Source: an uncultured Bacilli bacterium | GTDB lineage: Bacteria > Bacillota_I > Bacilli_A > RF39 > UBA660 | Direction of reading: 5' to 3' | Length of the DNA stretch: 39,023 nt | Assembly (NCBI GenBank): GCA_944358255.1 | Contig: CALVQQ010000004.1 | Span: forward strand, 1 to 39,023 | Part shown: piece by piece, positions 1-8,546 of the stretch | How positions within the stretch are numbered: position 1 is the first letter of the stretch | How the letters are laid out: the number at the start of each line of letters is the position of its first letter | The notes under the pieces: generated by a model | What the model was told of the DNA's origin: nothing | Databases searched by the model: none | What the model saw: the letters and a program-made list of their open reading frames with translations, nothing else | Made by a program: the position numbers and the translations under genes

Positions 1-686
1 AAACGTTCTTTATATTTTGTCTCCCTACTTTTAGCTTGCAAATTTGAAATTGTTCTAGAAAATACAATTAATTGTTCTTGTTTACGTTCTTGCTTACCCA
101 ATCCTAATCTATAAAGCAAACGCATCATTCTCATAGAATCTCTAACAGGATACTTTATCGCAAAAGCCATATACGGATCTATTGACGAGTCACCAGCATC
201 TATACTAGCTATCAATTCCCTCAGTCCCTCTTTAAATATTGGGGGAGCATCATTAACAGACTTAGTAATTGCAACAGGAACCGTATAATGTTGTATCAAA
301 ATTTCCAAACTTTTCAAATAGTATGGAAGTAACAAATTAATCTCATGCAAATGTTTTTTATAATAACTTTTTAAATTAGAATATCCTGACTTAAACATTA
401 AATACGAACCCGCAAGAGCAAAAATTAAGTTTAAAAATGAAATTTTTGATATAAACAAAATAACCAAAATTAATAATACAAATAGACTATTTCTTATGCG
501 TATTTCAAATAATTTTTCAGCATCAGCAGTATCACCATACTTAGCTGCCACCAAAAATTCATAGTCATCTTCTTTTAATAAATTAAACGCTTTTTTATTA
601 TCTTTAATAAACTTATTTGAATCAATCTTACCATTAACAATAAACACAGTTATCATTAATACGCCAAATATAAAAATCTCAATCAT
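1..686 (-). CDS. TadC-like (T2SS F-family) pilus assembly membrane protein, 3'-truncated by the window edge
   Basis: Not in the ORF track. ATG at 686-684 overlaps the upstream stop (TAATG). Reads MIEIFIFGVLMITVFIV...LLLPYYLKSLEILIQHYTVPVAI...FKEGLRELIASIDAGD and stays open to position 1. TM segments, and it follows tadB/cpaF-like genes. Confidence 0.7.
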   Translation of the reverse strand, partial: MIEIFIFGVLMITVFIVNGKIDSNKFIKDNKKAFNLLKEDDYEFLVAAKYGDTADAEKLFEIRIRNSLFVLLILVILFISKISFLNLIFALAGSYLMFKSGYSNLKSYYKKHLHEINLLLPYYLKSLEILIQHYTVPVAITKSVNDAPPIFKEGLRELIASIDAGDSSIDPYMAFAIKYPVRDSMRMMRLLYRLGLGKQERKQEQLIVFSRTISNLQAKSRETKYKER

Positions 687-1591
687 TATTCAGCCCCCAC
701 ATCTTCATTATAATATTTTTCGCCGTTTAATAGGAAATACGAATTTACCACGATTACAGCATGTAACAGCAAATTAACATACCACAAATCAATTAAATCC
801 ATATAACTTTCAACACCCAATAAATATTGAATTAAAGCCACTAAGAAATATAAACATATTCCAAACGTTATAAACTGTTTATGAAATTGTTGTCTATCAA
901 GTCTATCACGATATACACTTTCAACCAACATATCAATATCTTGTGACATACCTTCTAAAGCTTCACCACTATCTTTAGATCCTTCTTTTGTTATTTGTAA
1001 AAACAATTGATGCATATTCTTTACAACATAAAATGGATATTTCTCATTCATGAATTGAATAGAATCATCTATTGTTCCATTTGAATATGACATTTGTATC
1101 ATTTCAGAAACGTCACTTAACACAGGATCTTCTAATACTCCGGAATCTCTCACACCTTCCAATGCTTTTACAAAAGACTGAGTAGTGTTAAATTCCATAA
1201 TAACATTTGTCGTATAAACCTGAATTTGTTCAAAAATAAATTCACTATAAACTTTATTGCATCTTAGATAAGCGAGATATGGTATAAATAAAACTGCAAT
1301 TACAGCATAAAATATTGCTATAATTAAACTATAAAAATACAAATATGAAATCACGCCAGCTCCACCTGCAAATATCAAAGCTTGAATAGCATATTGTCGC
1401 GGTGTATACTCTTGCCCTAGTTCTTTAGTTTTTTCCCTTACCATTTTAAAAGAATATGGAGCATATTTATTATAAGCATCAGCAAAAGCTTTAGAAATAA
1501 ATTTATAGAAACTTCCTCCAGTATTCATGCGGTAAACTACCATGAACAATATTAAAAAGCCAGCAATAAAAATTTCCAAAACGTAGCCCAT
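686..1591 (-). CDS. TadB-like pilus assembly membrane protein
   Basis: 301 aa with N-terminal, central and C-terminal TM segments around a cytoplasmic domain; directly downstream of the CpaF ATPase; AGGAGG RBS. Confidence 0.7.
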   Translation of the reverse strand: MGYVLEIFIAGFLILFMVVYRMNTGGSFYKFISKAFADAYNKYAPYSFKMVREKTKELGQEYTPRQYAIQALIFAGGAGVISYLYFYSLIIAIFYAVIAVLFIPYLAYLRCNKVYSEFIFEQIQVYTTNVIMEFNTTQSFVKALEGVRDSGVLEDPVLSDVSEMIQMSYSNGTIDDSIQFMNEKYPFYVVKNMHQLFLQITKEGSKDSGEALEGMSQDIDMLVESVYRDRLDRQQFHKQFITFGICLYFLVALIQYLLGVESYMDLIDLWYVNLLLHAVIVVNSYFLLNGEKYYNEDVGAE

Positions 1592-1609
1592 TATTTACCT
1601 CCTTTATCA

Positions 1610-2713
1610 TTACAATACTTCATAATTTTTCTGTGATGTTTCCCTTAAAACTTGAGAGTTTTTTATAAATGTTTCCTCAGGCAAATCTATACCCTGAGCG
1701 CTCAAATAATCTAATAATTGAGAAGTAGGATTATTATAATGTTCAGTACCATCCATATCTTTTATATACAATACATTAGATTTAGCCTCATTATTTTTAT
1801 CTATATAAAACTCTACTACTTCAACTATTTCACGTTGAAACCTATTATATTTTTTTGACATATAACCTTTAATATGAACTCCTAAATGTATATATCTATG
1901 AATACTTTTTAAAAACTGATCTATATCCAAATTAGTTTCCAATAATGAATACATACGCATAGGAATACTACTTGCCTTATCAGAGTGTATTGTTGATATT
2001 ATATTATGTCCACTACTAATTGAGTTACGTACGGCCATAACAGCCTCAGCGCTACGAACCTCAGAAAGTAAAATCCATCGTGGATTTTGTCTCATACATG
2101 CTACTAATATGTCACTATAACTAGCTATATTGTTTGTTTTTAATGCAACAATATCTCTATGTGGAAAAATTTTATCTAAGTGCAATTCCAAAGTATCCTC
2201 TATAGTAATAACTTTTTCATTTTCCTTTGTATGGCTTGCTAAATATTTAACCAGTTCAGTCTTACCACTACCTGTTTCACCAGAAATCATAATATTACAA
2301 TGCCCTTCTACACATTTAAACAAAAAGTCATGAATTTGTAATGAAACATAATTTTCGTTTAATAATTTTTCCTTATTTAACCTAATTTTAGCCGGTGTCT
2401 TACGAACTAAGCAAGCGATCCCATTAGTAGCTATACTTTCATGAATAAAATTTAAACGTAACTCTGCACTTTCGGCGTCCAACATAGGATGAGCCATATT
2501 AAATGTCTTACCCATAACATTAGAACATTGAAAAGCCATTTTTTCTATTAAAGCATTGTTTATTTCTGGTCTTTCAACTTTGTAAACACCTTGAGACAAA
2601 GACTTAACCCAAACTTGCCCATTATTTGTATAAGAAACGTCCGTTATATCATCATTATCCAAAAATTCTTTTAATGGACCAAAATCTATTTGAGAAAAAA
2701 TAGCATCATCCAT
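1610..2713 (-). CDS. cpaF: CpaF/TadA (VirB11-family) secretion ATPase
   Basis: Walker A GETGSGKT, Asp box TIEDTLEL, Walker B region MRQNPRWILLSEVR, His box SGH..ISTIH, N-terminal FLDNDDITDV. Confidence 0.9.
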   Translation of the reverse strand: MDDAIFSQIDFGPLKEFLDNDDITDVSYTNNGQVWVKSLSQGVYKVERPEINNALIEKMAFQCSNVMGKTFNMAHPMLDAESAELRLNFIHESIATNGIACLVRKTPAKIRLNKEKLLNENYVSLQIHDFLFKCVEGHCNIMISGETGSGKTELVKYLASHTKENEKVITIEDTLELHLDKIFPHRDIVALKTNNIASYSDILVACMRQNPRWILLSEVRSAEAVMAVRNSISSGHNIISTIHSDKASSIPMRMYSLLETNLDIDQFLKSIHRYIHLGVHIKGYMSKKYNRFQREIVEVVEFYIDKNNEAKSNVLYIKDMDGTEHYNNPTSQLLDYLSAQGIDLPEETFIKNSQVLRETSQKNYEVL

Positions 2714-2740
2714 AACAACACCCTTTCTATATTATTATTC

Positions 2741-3553
2741 TTACTCTTCGTTTTCGTCTAAATTATCATCCAAACTTGGCAATTGTTGATCAGGAATAAC
2801 AACAGTTTGACTAAGAATAAAATCTTGTATATATTCACTGCTAACAACTGTAGCACCAGGATTTTGTGAATAATCTTTATTTCTTGGAACAGGAATTATT
2901 TCTCCACTTAAATATGACGCTTTTCTCAACAATAGATGCAATTCTTCAGGTACGGCAAATATCAAAGAAGATGGTGCTTTTAACTCTGCGCTATTTTCAA
3001 AAACATGATTTCCTGAACTATCTTTAACAGCTAATACCTCTATGCTTTCAATTAATTTACCTAATAATAATTTACCTGTTTCATCATTTGCTGCGTAATA
3101 CAAATCAATATAGTTTCCAGGAAAAATTGAATTTCCATAAGTTGTCTCTGTCGTAACTGGCAAACTAACAACTGTATAACCATCTGGAATATCTGCCCAA
3201 GCTGAATCTGGCATTTGGCTCCAAGTGACCAAAGTAGACTTATAAAATACACTTCCCATTGGTATAACTGTATTATAATTTGCATAATAACCAATGACAT
3301 CATTTACATCTGTTATTGTATTATTAGTCAACATATTTCTTGGAATTTCAACATATCCAACCATATCTTGAGTTATTTCAGTCCTAGGTTGTATCTCAAC
3401 CTTTGCATATGGAACTCTTACAGGACTAGTTATCTGATTTATTCTATAATTATAACCAAAATAAATTACCAGTATTGCTCCTAATACACATAAAATAGTT
3501 ACGGTATTTTTATTAGAAAAGAACCTTTTAACCCCAACTAAAAACTTTTTCAT
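2741..3553 (-). CDS. CpaB/RcpC-like SAF-domain pilus assembly protein
   Basis: N-terminal TM, SAF-like VPYAKVEIQPRTEITQDMV, RcpC-like GNSIFPGNYIDLY and IEVLAVKD; adjacent to cpaF. Confidence 0.8.
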   Translation of the reverse strand: MKKFLVGVKRFFSNKNTVTILCVLGAILVIYFGYNYRINQITSPVRVPYAKVEIQPRTEITQDMVGYVEIPRNMLTNNTITDVNDVIGYYANYNTVIPMGSVFYKSTLVTWSQMPDSAWADIPDGYTVVSLPVTTETTYGNSIFPGNYIDLYYAANDETGKLLLGKLIESIEVLAVKDSSGNHVFENSAELKAPSSLIFAVPEELHLLLRKASYLSGEIIPVPRNKDYSQNPGATVVSSEYIQDFILSQTVVIPDQQLPSLDDNLDENEE

Positions 3554-3587
3554 ATCTTCCTCCTATTATATTTATTATTATAAAACA

Positions 3588-3625
3588 AAAATACTTTAAA
3601 ATCAATTTTAATTTTAAAGTATTTT
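3588..3625 (-). terminator. Intrinsic terminator-like hairpin
   Basis: Perfect 15-bp inverted repeat AAAATACTTTAAAAT (3588-3602) / ATTTTAAAGTATTTT (3611-3625) just after the stop of the 3638 gene. Confidence 0.6.
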
Positions 3626-3637
3626 AATAATTTAAAT

Positions 3638-4081
3638 TTAACAATTTGGACAACCATTTGGCCAAGCAGATTTTGAATATTTTGCTTCCATAATTTCAGA
3701 TAATATAGTAACAATACCAAAATCTACAACTTCATCTGAATTAACTGTATATTTTCTTGTTGCAGTACTAATTCTAACAGTAGCTTTTGGTGGGGTTTCA
3801 TATATTTCATAAAACTCAAGTTTATAATCTTTATTAGCACTAACACTTTCTGCAAACCTTCTAGTAAAATTTTCAACAAATTTTTCTTCAATAATTCTTA
3901 TTTCACCAGTAGATCTATAGATACCATAATCCACTGAATCAATCATTGCGGCTTCCATTACTTCCTTCATTAAATAATAATCTTCTTCAGAAGTTGAAGT
4001 CATATCCTGAACAATAAGCAATACAACTATAATAAATAGTCCAAGCATAATAATTAAATAAGTCCAATAAGATTCTTTCAT
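3638..4081 (-). CDS. Small N-terminally anchored protein, TadE/pseudopilin-like (resembles DUF5411 family)
   Basis: Single N-terminal hydrophobic helix then LMKEVMEAAMIDSVD...FVENFTRRFAES...YETPPKATVRI. Start placed at ATG 4081 (GGAAGG RBS); track start is 4090. Family name is from recall. Confidence 0.55.
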   Translation of the reverse strand: MKESYWTYLIIMLGLFIIVVLLIVQDMTSTSEEDYYLMKEVMEAAMIDSVDYGIYRSTGEIRIIEEKFVENFTRRFAESVSANKDYKLEFYEIYETPPKATVRISTATRKYTVNSDEVVDFGIVTILSEIMEAKYSKSAWPNGCPNC

Positions 4082-4086
4082 GAACA

Positions 4087-7000
4087 TCACCTTCCATATT
4101 TATAGTAGTTATTATAATCATCAGTTGTTTTATTTCGTCCTAATGATAAATCAACATTATAAGCATAATCACTACCCCTACTAATTGTCGTCAAGAAATT
4201 ACTTGTACAATTAAGAGAGGAATCGCAACTTATTGAATAATCCATATAATCAGTATAATTGTTATAATTTTTTATATTTCTTATATTCATAGGTGATAAT
4301 TCAATAACATATTGTGGTTGTTTACTAGTCCAAATATTATCTCCCAAATTCTGTATTGCTGATATAACATTTGCCGCATTTTGCCAATTCATTCCCTTTA
4401 CCCTATTAGTAGGAAATAAATTAGTCAAATCTACACTTCTCACAACCATTCCAAAACTAATTTTTCGATCACCTGGGTTGCCCATATCATCGCAATTTTC
4501 AACTCTAGGATCACATTCTAAATTATCACAATTTTCTATACTTGGATCACATTCAAACATAGTTGTCTCATTAATAACTTCAAACGAGCAAATAAACTCT
4601 TGGTCAGAAAATTTTATATTTTGCGGTCTAGTGGCTGCTCCTATATTTGAAATATCAACATGAACATAATAATCTCCATTTTCTTTGTTCAATGTAACAG
4701 GATAAATATAACTATCTAAACCAATCCAATAACCTTGTCCGTTTGTTACTGGGCTAACTATTCCAGTATATAATTGTGTATAAAACAATGCACTTTGCCA
4801 AAAATGTTGTTCTTTACTAGTTGTCAAATTAACAGCATTATTATCAGGAACTACCGTAAGTTTTATTTCACAATAAGCGCCTGTTTCAGAACCATAACAT
4901 TTTAAACGTCTTAAATCCCTTTTTGTTGATAACTGATCTACAATTTGAGGCTCGGATGAACAAGATGGACATATAGATTCAAGATCGCAATCCTTACACC
5001 AAGCTTGTGTTACTGCATGTTGAATAGGTTTATCCGATGCAATTTGAATCATTGGGCTATAATCATCCTCATAATCTATATCAACAATTGAATAAAAATC
5101 ATAATCATTAACTAATTGATAATATGCCGTGCTGCTCTCACTAAAACCATATTTATAAGTCCCAGCGGCAACTGATACATAATATTCTTCAGGCTTATAT
5201 GTAAAATCACTATATTCTAGTAAATTACAATTTTGTATATCCATCAAAAGTTTTTCTCTTTTTTCTAATGCTGCTTTATATGTATTAACAGCTGCGTTAT
5301 AACTACTAATTATAACTGCATTGGTTGGTGGGGTAATTGTTATATTACAATAAGAAGAGCAAGCATTAGCATCACATGTAGCTGAACCACTTGTATGAAC
5401 CGCATTAACGGTAGTGCTTCCCGCATTTATATCTGTCTCATTATATGGGAAAGGTCCTGATCCATTAGTTCCCCAATACCATACTTCATACTCTTTAGTA
5501 CAGCTAACATCAGTTAAATCATTCCCACAGCAACTAGAATTAGACCCATCACTCTCACAAGAAGAACAACACCCTGAGCAACAACTTTCATCGGTACAAT
5601 TTTCAGTTAAAATCTTTTTCTCATATTCAGATATATGATTATATAAAGTTTCCCACTTTTTTAAATTATTCCAAGCCGAAACGATTGCTTTGTCTGCCTC
5701 CAAGTAATCCTCTTCCCATTCTTCATATTTTATTTCTGGAGCCGTACATTGCCTTGTCCCATAAATTACTGTACTTAATTTATGCATAGTAGAAATTCGA
5801 CTCGCAACATCATATTTAAATTGCCTTCCTGCAATAACTTCTGTCTTGTCCATAAATGTAAATTCAATTTCTTCTCTACAATAAAGTTTACAATATTTTT
5901 CGTTTAATCCTACTTTACTTGTGTAATCATAAATACTTTGTTTATTTTTATCACAAGCGTTAGCTATTGTACACATTTCTGGATCTTCTACTGTTCCTTC
6001 ATTTCCTTCATCACATGAAAGAGGCAAATTATTTTGTATTGACATATCTGGACAACATTTATTTTCAGGACTATCATCATCATCATCGTCATCGTCATCA
6101 TCATCACACCATTCATAATCAATGGGAAATTTATTACCAATAGGCTCATTATCATAACTAATAAAATATTGATTTGAAGCACCACCTGGTTTATATCGTT
6201 GTAAAGATCCTAAAGTATACCTAGCATCCTCAAAATATAAATCAAAATTCATTCCTACACACTCTTCTTCATCAATAATATTAATAGTAAGTTTTATTTC
6301 GCAACCAGAATCACAATTTTCAATAGTTGCAGTAACAGGATACCCAGATATTGTTTCCGGAATATTAACATCTGTACTTGAATTAAAGTTTGTATTTATA
6401 GTAAAAGTTACATCACCATTTTCTCCACGAACAGTATCACCCATTTCAACTTGCGGCGTCCATTGTTCTTTTGCCTCTGTTGACATAGCTTTCTTAAACA
6501 ATTCAATACCAGCTTTTAAATTTTCACCTTCTTCGCCATCTGCATACAAAACATTTACACACTCAGTTTGATTTCCGAAAGAATCCGTACAATACTTTCT
6601 ATTATCAACATTATATCCCCAGTTCATGACAGCACGTGCAGTATTCTGATAAATAGACGCTCTCACTGTTATCCCAGTTTCAGAATTATACCAACCATCT
6701 GAACCGCTCATTTCACTAGAAGCATCTACTGAATAAGCAGAAAACAATCTTAAAGCTGTCTCAGTAGCGCGATATGAATAATTATTTGAACGTGATTCAG
6801 CAACAATATATGCTAACCCGCATGCATATGTAAAATTTTCATCACAATTAGAAATATCTAATGTTTCATCCTCATAATATATAGTTCCACCAGGAGCTGC
6901 TCTACCAGGGTGAATACAATATGCGTCTGAATCTCCTATTTTATAAGATGCTGAATAAACACTAACTTGATTCCCATAATAATCCTTATAATAAATACCA

Positions 7001-7113
7001 CTATTAGAAGTACCACCCGTAGTAGTGATATATGTCTGGTTACTTGCCCTAACTAATTTACATGGGCAAAAAGATAATAAAATTAATAAAACAATTACAA
7101 CATATTTTTTCAA
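4087..7113 (-). CDS. Large secreted Cys-rich protein (1008 aa), putative adhesin with possible N-terminal thioester domain
   Basis: TTG start with GAGGAG RBS, signal peptide, YCIHPG motif, D11 run, Cys clusters, no C-terminal TM or sortase motif. Confidence 0.6.
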   Translation of the reverse strand: MKKYVVIVLLILLSFCPCKLVRASNQTYITTTGGTSNSGIYYKDYYGNQVSVYSASYKIGDSDAYCIHPGRAAPGGTIYYEDETLDISNCDENFTYACGLAYIVAESRSNNYSYRATETALRLFSAYSVDASSEMSGSDGWYNSETGITVRASIYQNTARAVMNWGYNVDNRKYCTDSFGNQTECVNVLYADGEEGENLKAGIELFKKAMSTEAKEQWTPQVEMGDTVRGENGDVTFTINTNFNSSTDVNIPETISGYPVTATIENCDSGCEIKLTINIIDEEECVGMNFDLYFEDARYTLGSLQRYKPGGASNQYFISYDNEPIGNKFPIDYEWCDDDDDDDDDDDSPENKCCPDMSIQNNLPLSCDEGNEGTVEDPEMCTIANACDKNKQSIYDYTSKVGLNEKYCKLYCREEIEFTFMDKTEVIAGRQFKYDVASRISTMHKLSTVIYGTRQCTAPEIKYEEWEEDYLEADKAIVSAWNNLKKWETLYNHISEYEKKILTENCTDESCCSGCCSSCESDGSNSSCCGNDLTDVSCTKEYEVWYWGTNGSGPFPYNETDINAGSTTVNAVHTSGSATCDANACSSYCNITITPPTNAVIISSYNAAVNTYKAALEKREKLLMDIQNCNLLEYSDFTYKPEEYYVSVAAGTYKYGFSESSTAYYQLVNDYDFYSIVDIDYEDDYSPMIQIASDKPIQHAVTQAWCKDCDLESICPSCSSEPQIVDQLSTKRDLRRLKCYGSETGAYCEIKLTVVPDNNAVNLTTSKEQHFWQSALFYTQLYTGIVSPVTNGQGYWIGLDSYIYPVTLNKENGDYYVHVDISNIGAATRPQNIKFSDQEFICSFEVINETTMFECDPSIENCDNLECDPRVENCDDMGNPGDRKISFGMVVRSVDLTNLFPTNRVKGMNWQNAANVISAIQNLGDNIWTSKQPQYVIELSPMNIRNIKNYNNYTDYMDYSISCDSSLNCTSNFLTTISRGSDYAYNVDLSLGRNKTTDDYNNYYKYGR
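4489..4554. repeat. Two-copy intragenic repeat, 36-nt period, encoding ECDPx(I/V)ENCD
   Basis: ATCGCAATTTTCAACTCTAGGATCACATTC (4489-4518) and ATCACAATTTTCTATACTTGGATCACATTC (4525-4554). Confidence 0.8.
6073..6105. repeat. (ATC/GTC)11 trinucleotide run encoding a poly-Asp linker
   Basis: Direct reading; CDDDDDDDDDDDS in the 1008-aa protein. Confidence 0.9.
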
Positions 7114-7760
7114 TTTTTATCACTCCTCTTTGCCTTATACGAATAAATAACAACACCATAAACTACAGAAACGACAACAACTGGAACCAAAACATATAAA
7201 TAATATTCCTTAATTCCATTCCATAATTTTTCCCAAAAAGGTGCTTCATTGACTTCATTATACTCTTTTAATTCTTCATAGAATTCTTCATCAGTTTGTT
7301 CTTCATCATCAGCAGGTTCATAAAAAGGATCGCACTTTTCATAATCTGGATTTTGCTCACAAGCAACATATCCATATCTTTCATTAAATTTTTTAGTACT
7401 TACTTCTATTTCAGCTAAAACTTCATCGTTACAACCCTCTTCAGTTGAATACACACTAACCACATAATTAACTTTCTCATATATATACCAGTGTTCTATT
7501 TCTATTACACCATTTTCAGAATCATCATAAGTATAAGTGGTAGTAGTTTCATTATCATCCTCATAAACTTCAACATATAAATCTGGAGTTAAATTAGAAA
7601 TCTTAATAATGTAATAAATTAAATCTTCCGTCTGCGGAATTGCATCTACATCTACATTTTTTGCATTTAACAAAACCTCATCAGTACACTCTGCAAAACA
7701 AGTTGAAATATTTAAAGTTAAAATACAAAAAAGACACAGAACATAAATAACTTTTTTCAT
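7110..7760 (-). CDS. Secreted, C-terminally membrane-anchored hypothetical protein (paralog of 7805-8458)
   Basis: Signal peptide ending FA|ECT, conserved Cys, C-terminal TM plus basic tail; stop overlaps the start of the 1008-aa gene. Confidence 0.75.
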   Translation of the reverse strand: MKKVIYVLCLFCILTLNISTCFAECTDEVLLNAKNVDVDAIPQTEDLIYYIIKISNLTPDLYVEVYEDDNETTTTYTYDDSENGVIEIEHWYIYEKVNYVVSVYSTEEGCNDEVLAEIEVSTKKFNERYGYVACEQNPDYEKCDPFYEPADDEEQTDEEFYEELKEYNEVNEAPFWEKLWNGIKEYYLYVLVPVVVVSVVYGVVIYSYKAKRSDKN

Positions 7761-7804
7761 CTTACACCTCTACTATATTAAAATTATAACATAAATTTAA
7801 AATA

Positions 7805-8458
7805 TTACAATTTATGTTTTACTTTTCTAAAAAAAACATTAAAAATTGAAATACTTATTACAAAACTAATTACAGAAACAAGAATCTTAAAAAAATATTC
7901 CTGAAAAAAATTCATTACAAATTCATACCATTTTTCATCCACAGTTTTATTACCATCGTCCTGCTTATCAGACAAAGTATATTCATAATTTTTTAATATT
8001 AAAAGAAAAGTTTCATTAGAAATCTTATAATCTAAAAACCTAGAATTACATATATCTAAATCTTCATACCCCTTACACAACACGCTTCCATAATATCTAT
8101 TAAAATAAGGAACGCTTACATATATAACCCTTAAATATTCATTGTAACATTCATTATAAACCGTTGAATAAACATCAAGAGACAACCTAGTCCCCGGTTC
8201 AATATTTTCAATAACAATTTTATTATTTTCTGGATAATATGCATAATCGTTATTTCGAATTTCTAATTTATCATTTACATTCATTAAAGTAATTGTAAAC
8301 AAACCGCTAGCCTCATTATACTCATAATTGTAATCAATATAACTTGATAAGGCATTCAATTCATATTTTTCTAAATATGTGCACTCTGCAAAAACAATTC
8401 TAGGAATAACTAAAAGCACTAAAAATAAAAGTAATTTTTTCACTTTGTCACCTACCAT
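7805..8458 (-). CDS. Secreted, C-terminally membrane-anchored hypothetical protein (paralog of 7110-7760)
   Basis: Signal peptide ending FA|ECT, VYST..(N)EC, FNRYYG..LC, C-terminal TM. Real start may be GTG 8443. Confidence 0.75.
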   Translation of the reverse strand: MVGDKVKKLLLFLVLLVIPRIVFAECTYLEKYELNALSSYIDYNYEYNEASGLFTITLMNVNDKLEIRNNDYAYYPENNKIVIENIEPGTRLSLDVYSTVYNECYNEYLRVIYVSVPYFNRYYGSVLCKGYEDLDICNSRFLDYKISNETFLLILKNYEYTLSDKQDDGNKTVDEKWYEFVMNFFQEYFFKILVSVISFVISISIFNVFFRKVKHKL

Positions 8459-8546
8459 AAAAATTATAACATAATTTAAAAAATTAACAAATAAAAAATT
8501 GAAAAATAATAATTTGTGTGATAATATCTAATTAGAATAAGAAGGA

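Noticed and set aside
4489..6105. Repeats in the 1008-aa gene as a CRISPR or other non-coding array
   Set aside because: Only two copies plus a trinucleotide run, in frame, no spacers, no cas genes. I saw no CRISPR array anywhere in the window.
7780..8481. Near-identical AAAATTATAACATAA motif upstream of both paralogs as a special operator
   Set aside because: It is the reverse complement of the extended -10 TGTTATAAT, also found near 12002, 32775 and 38237.
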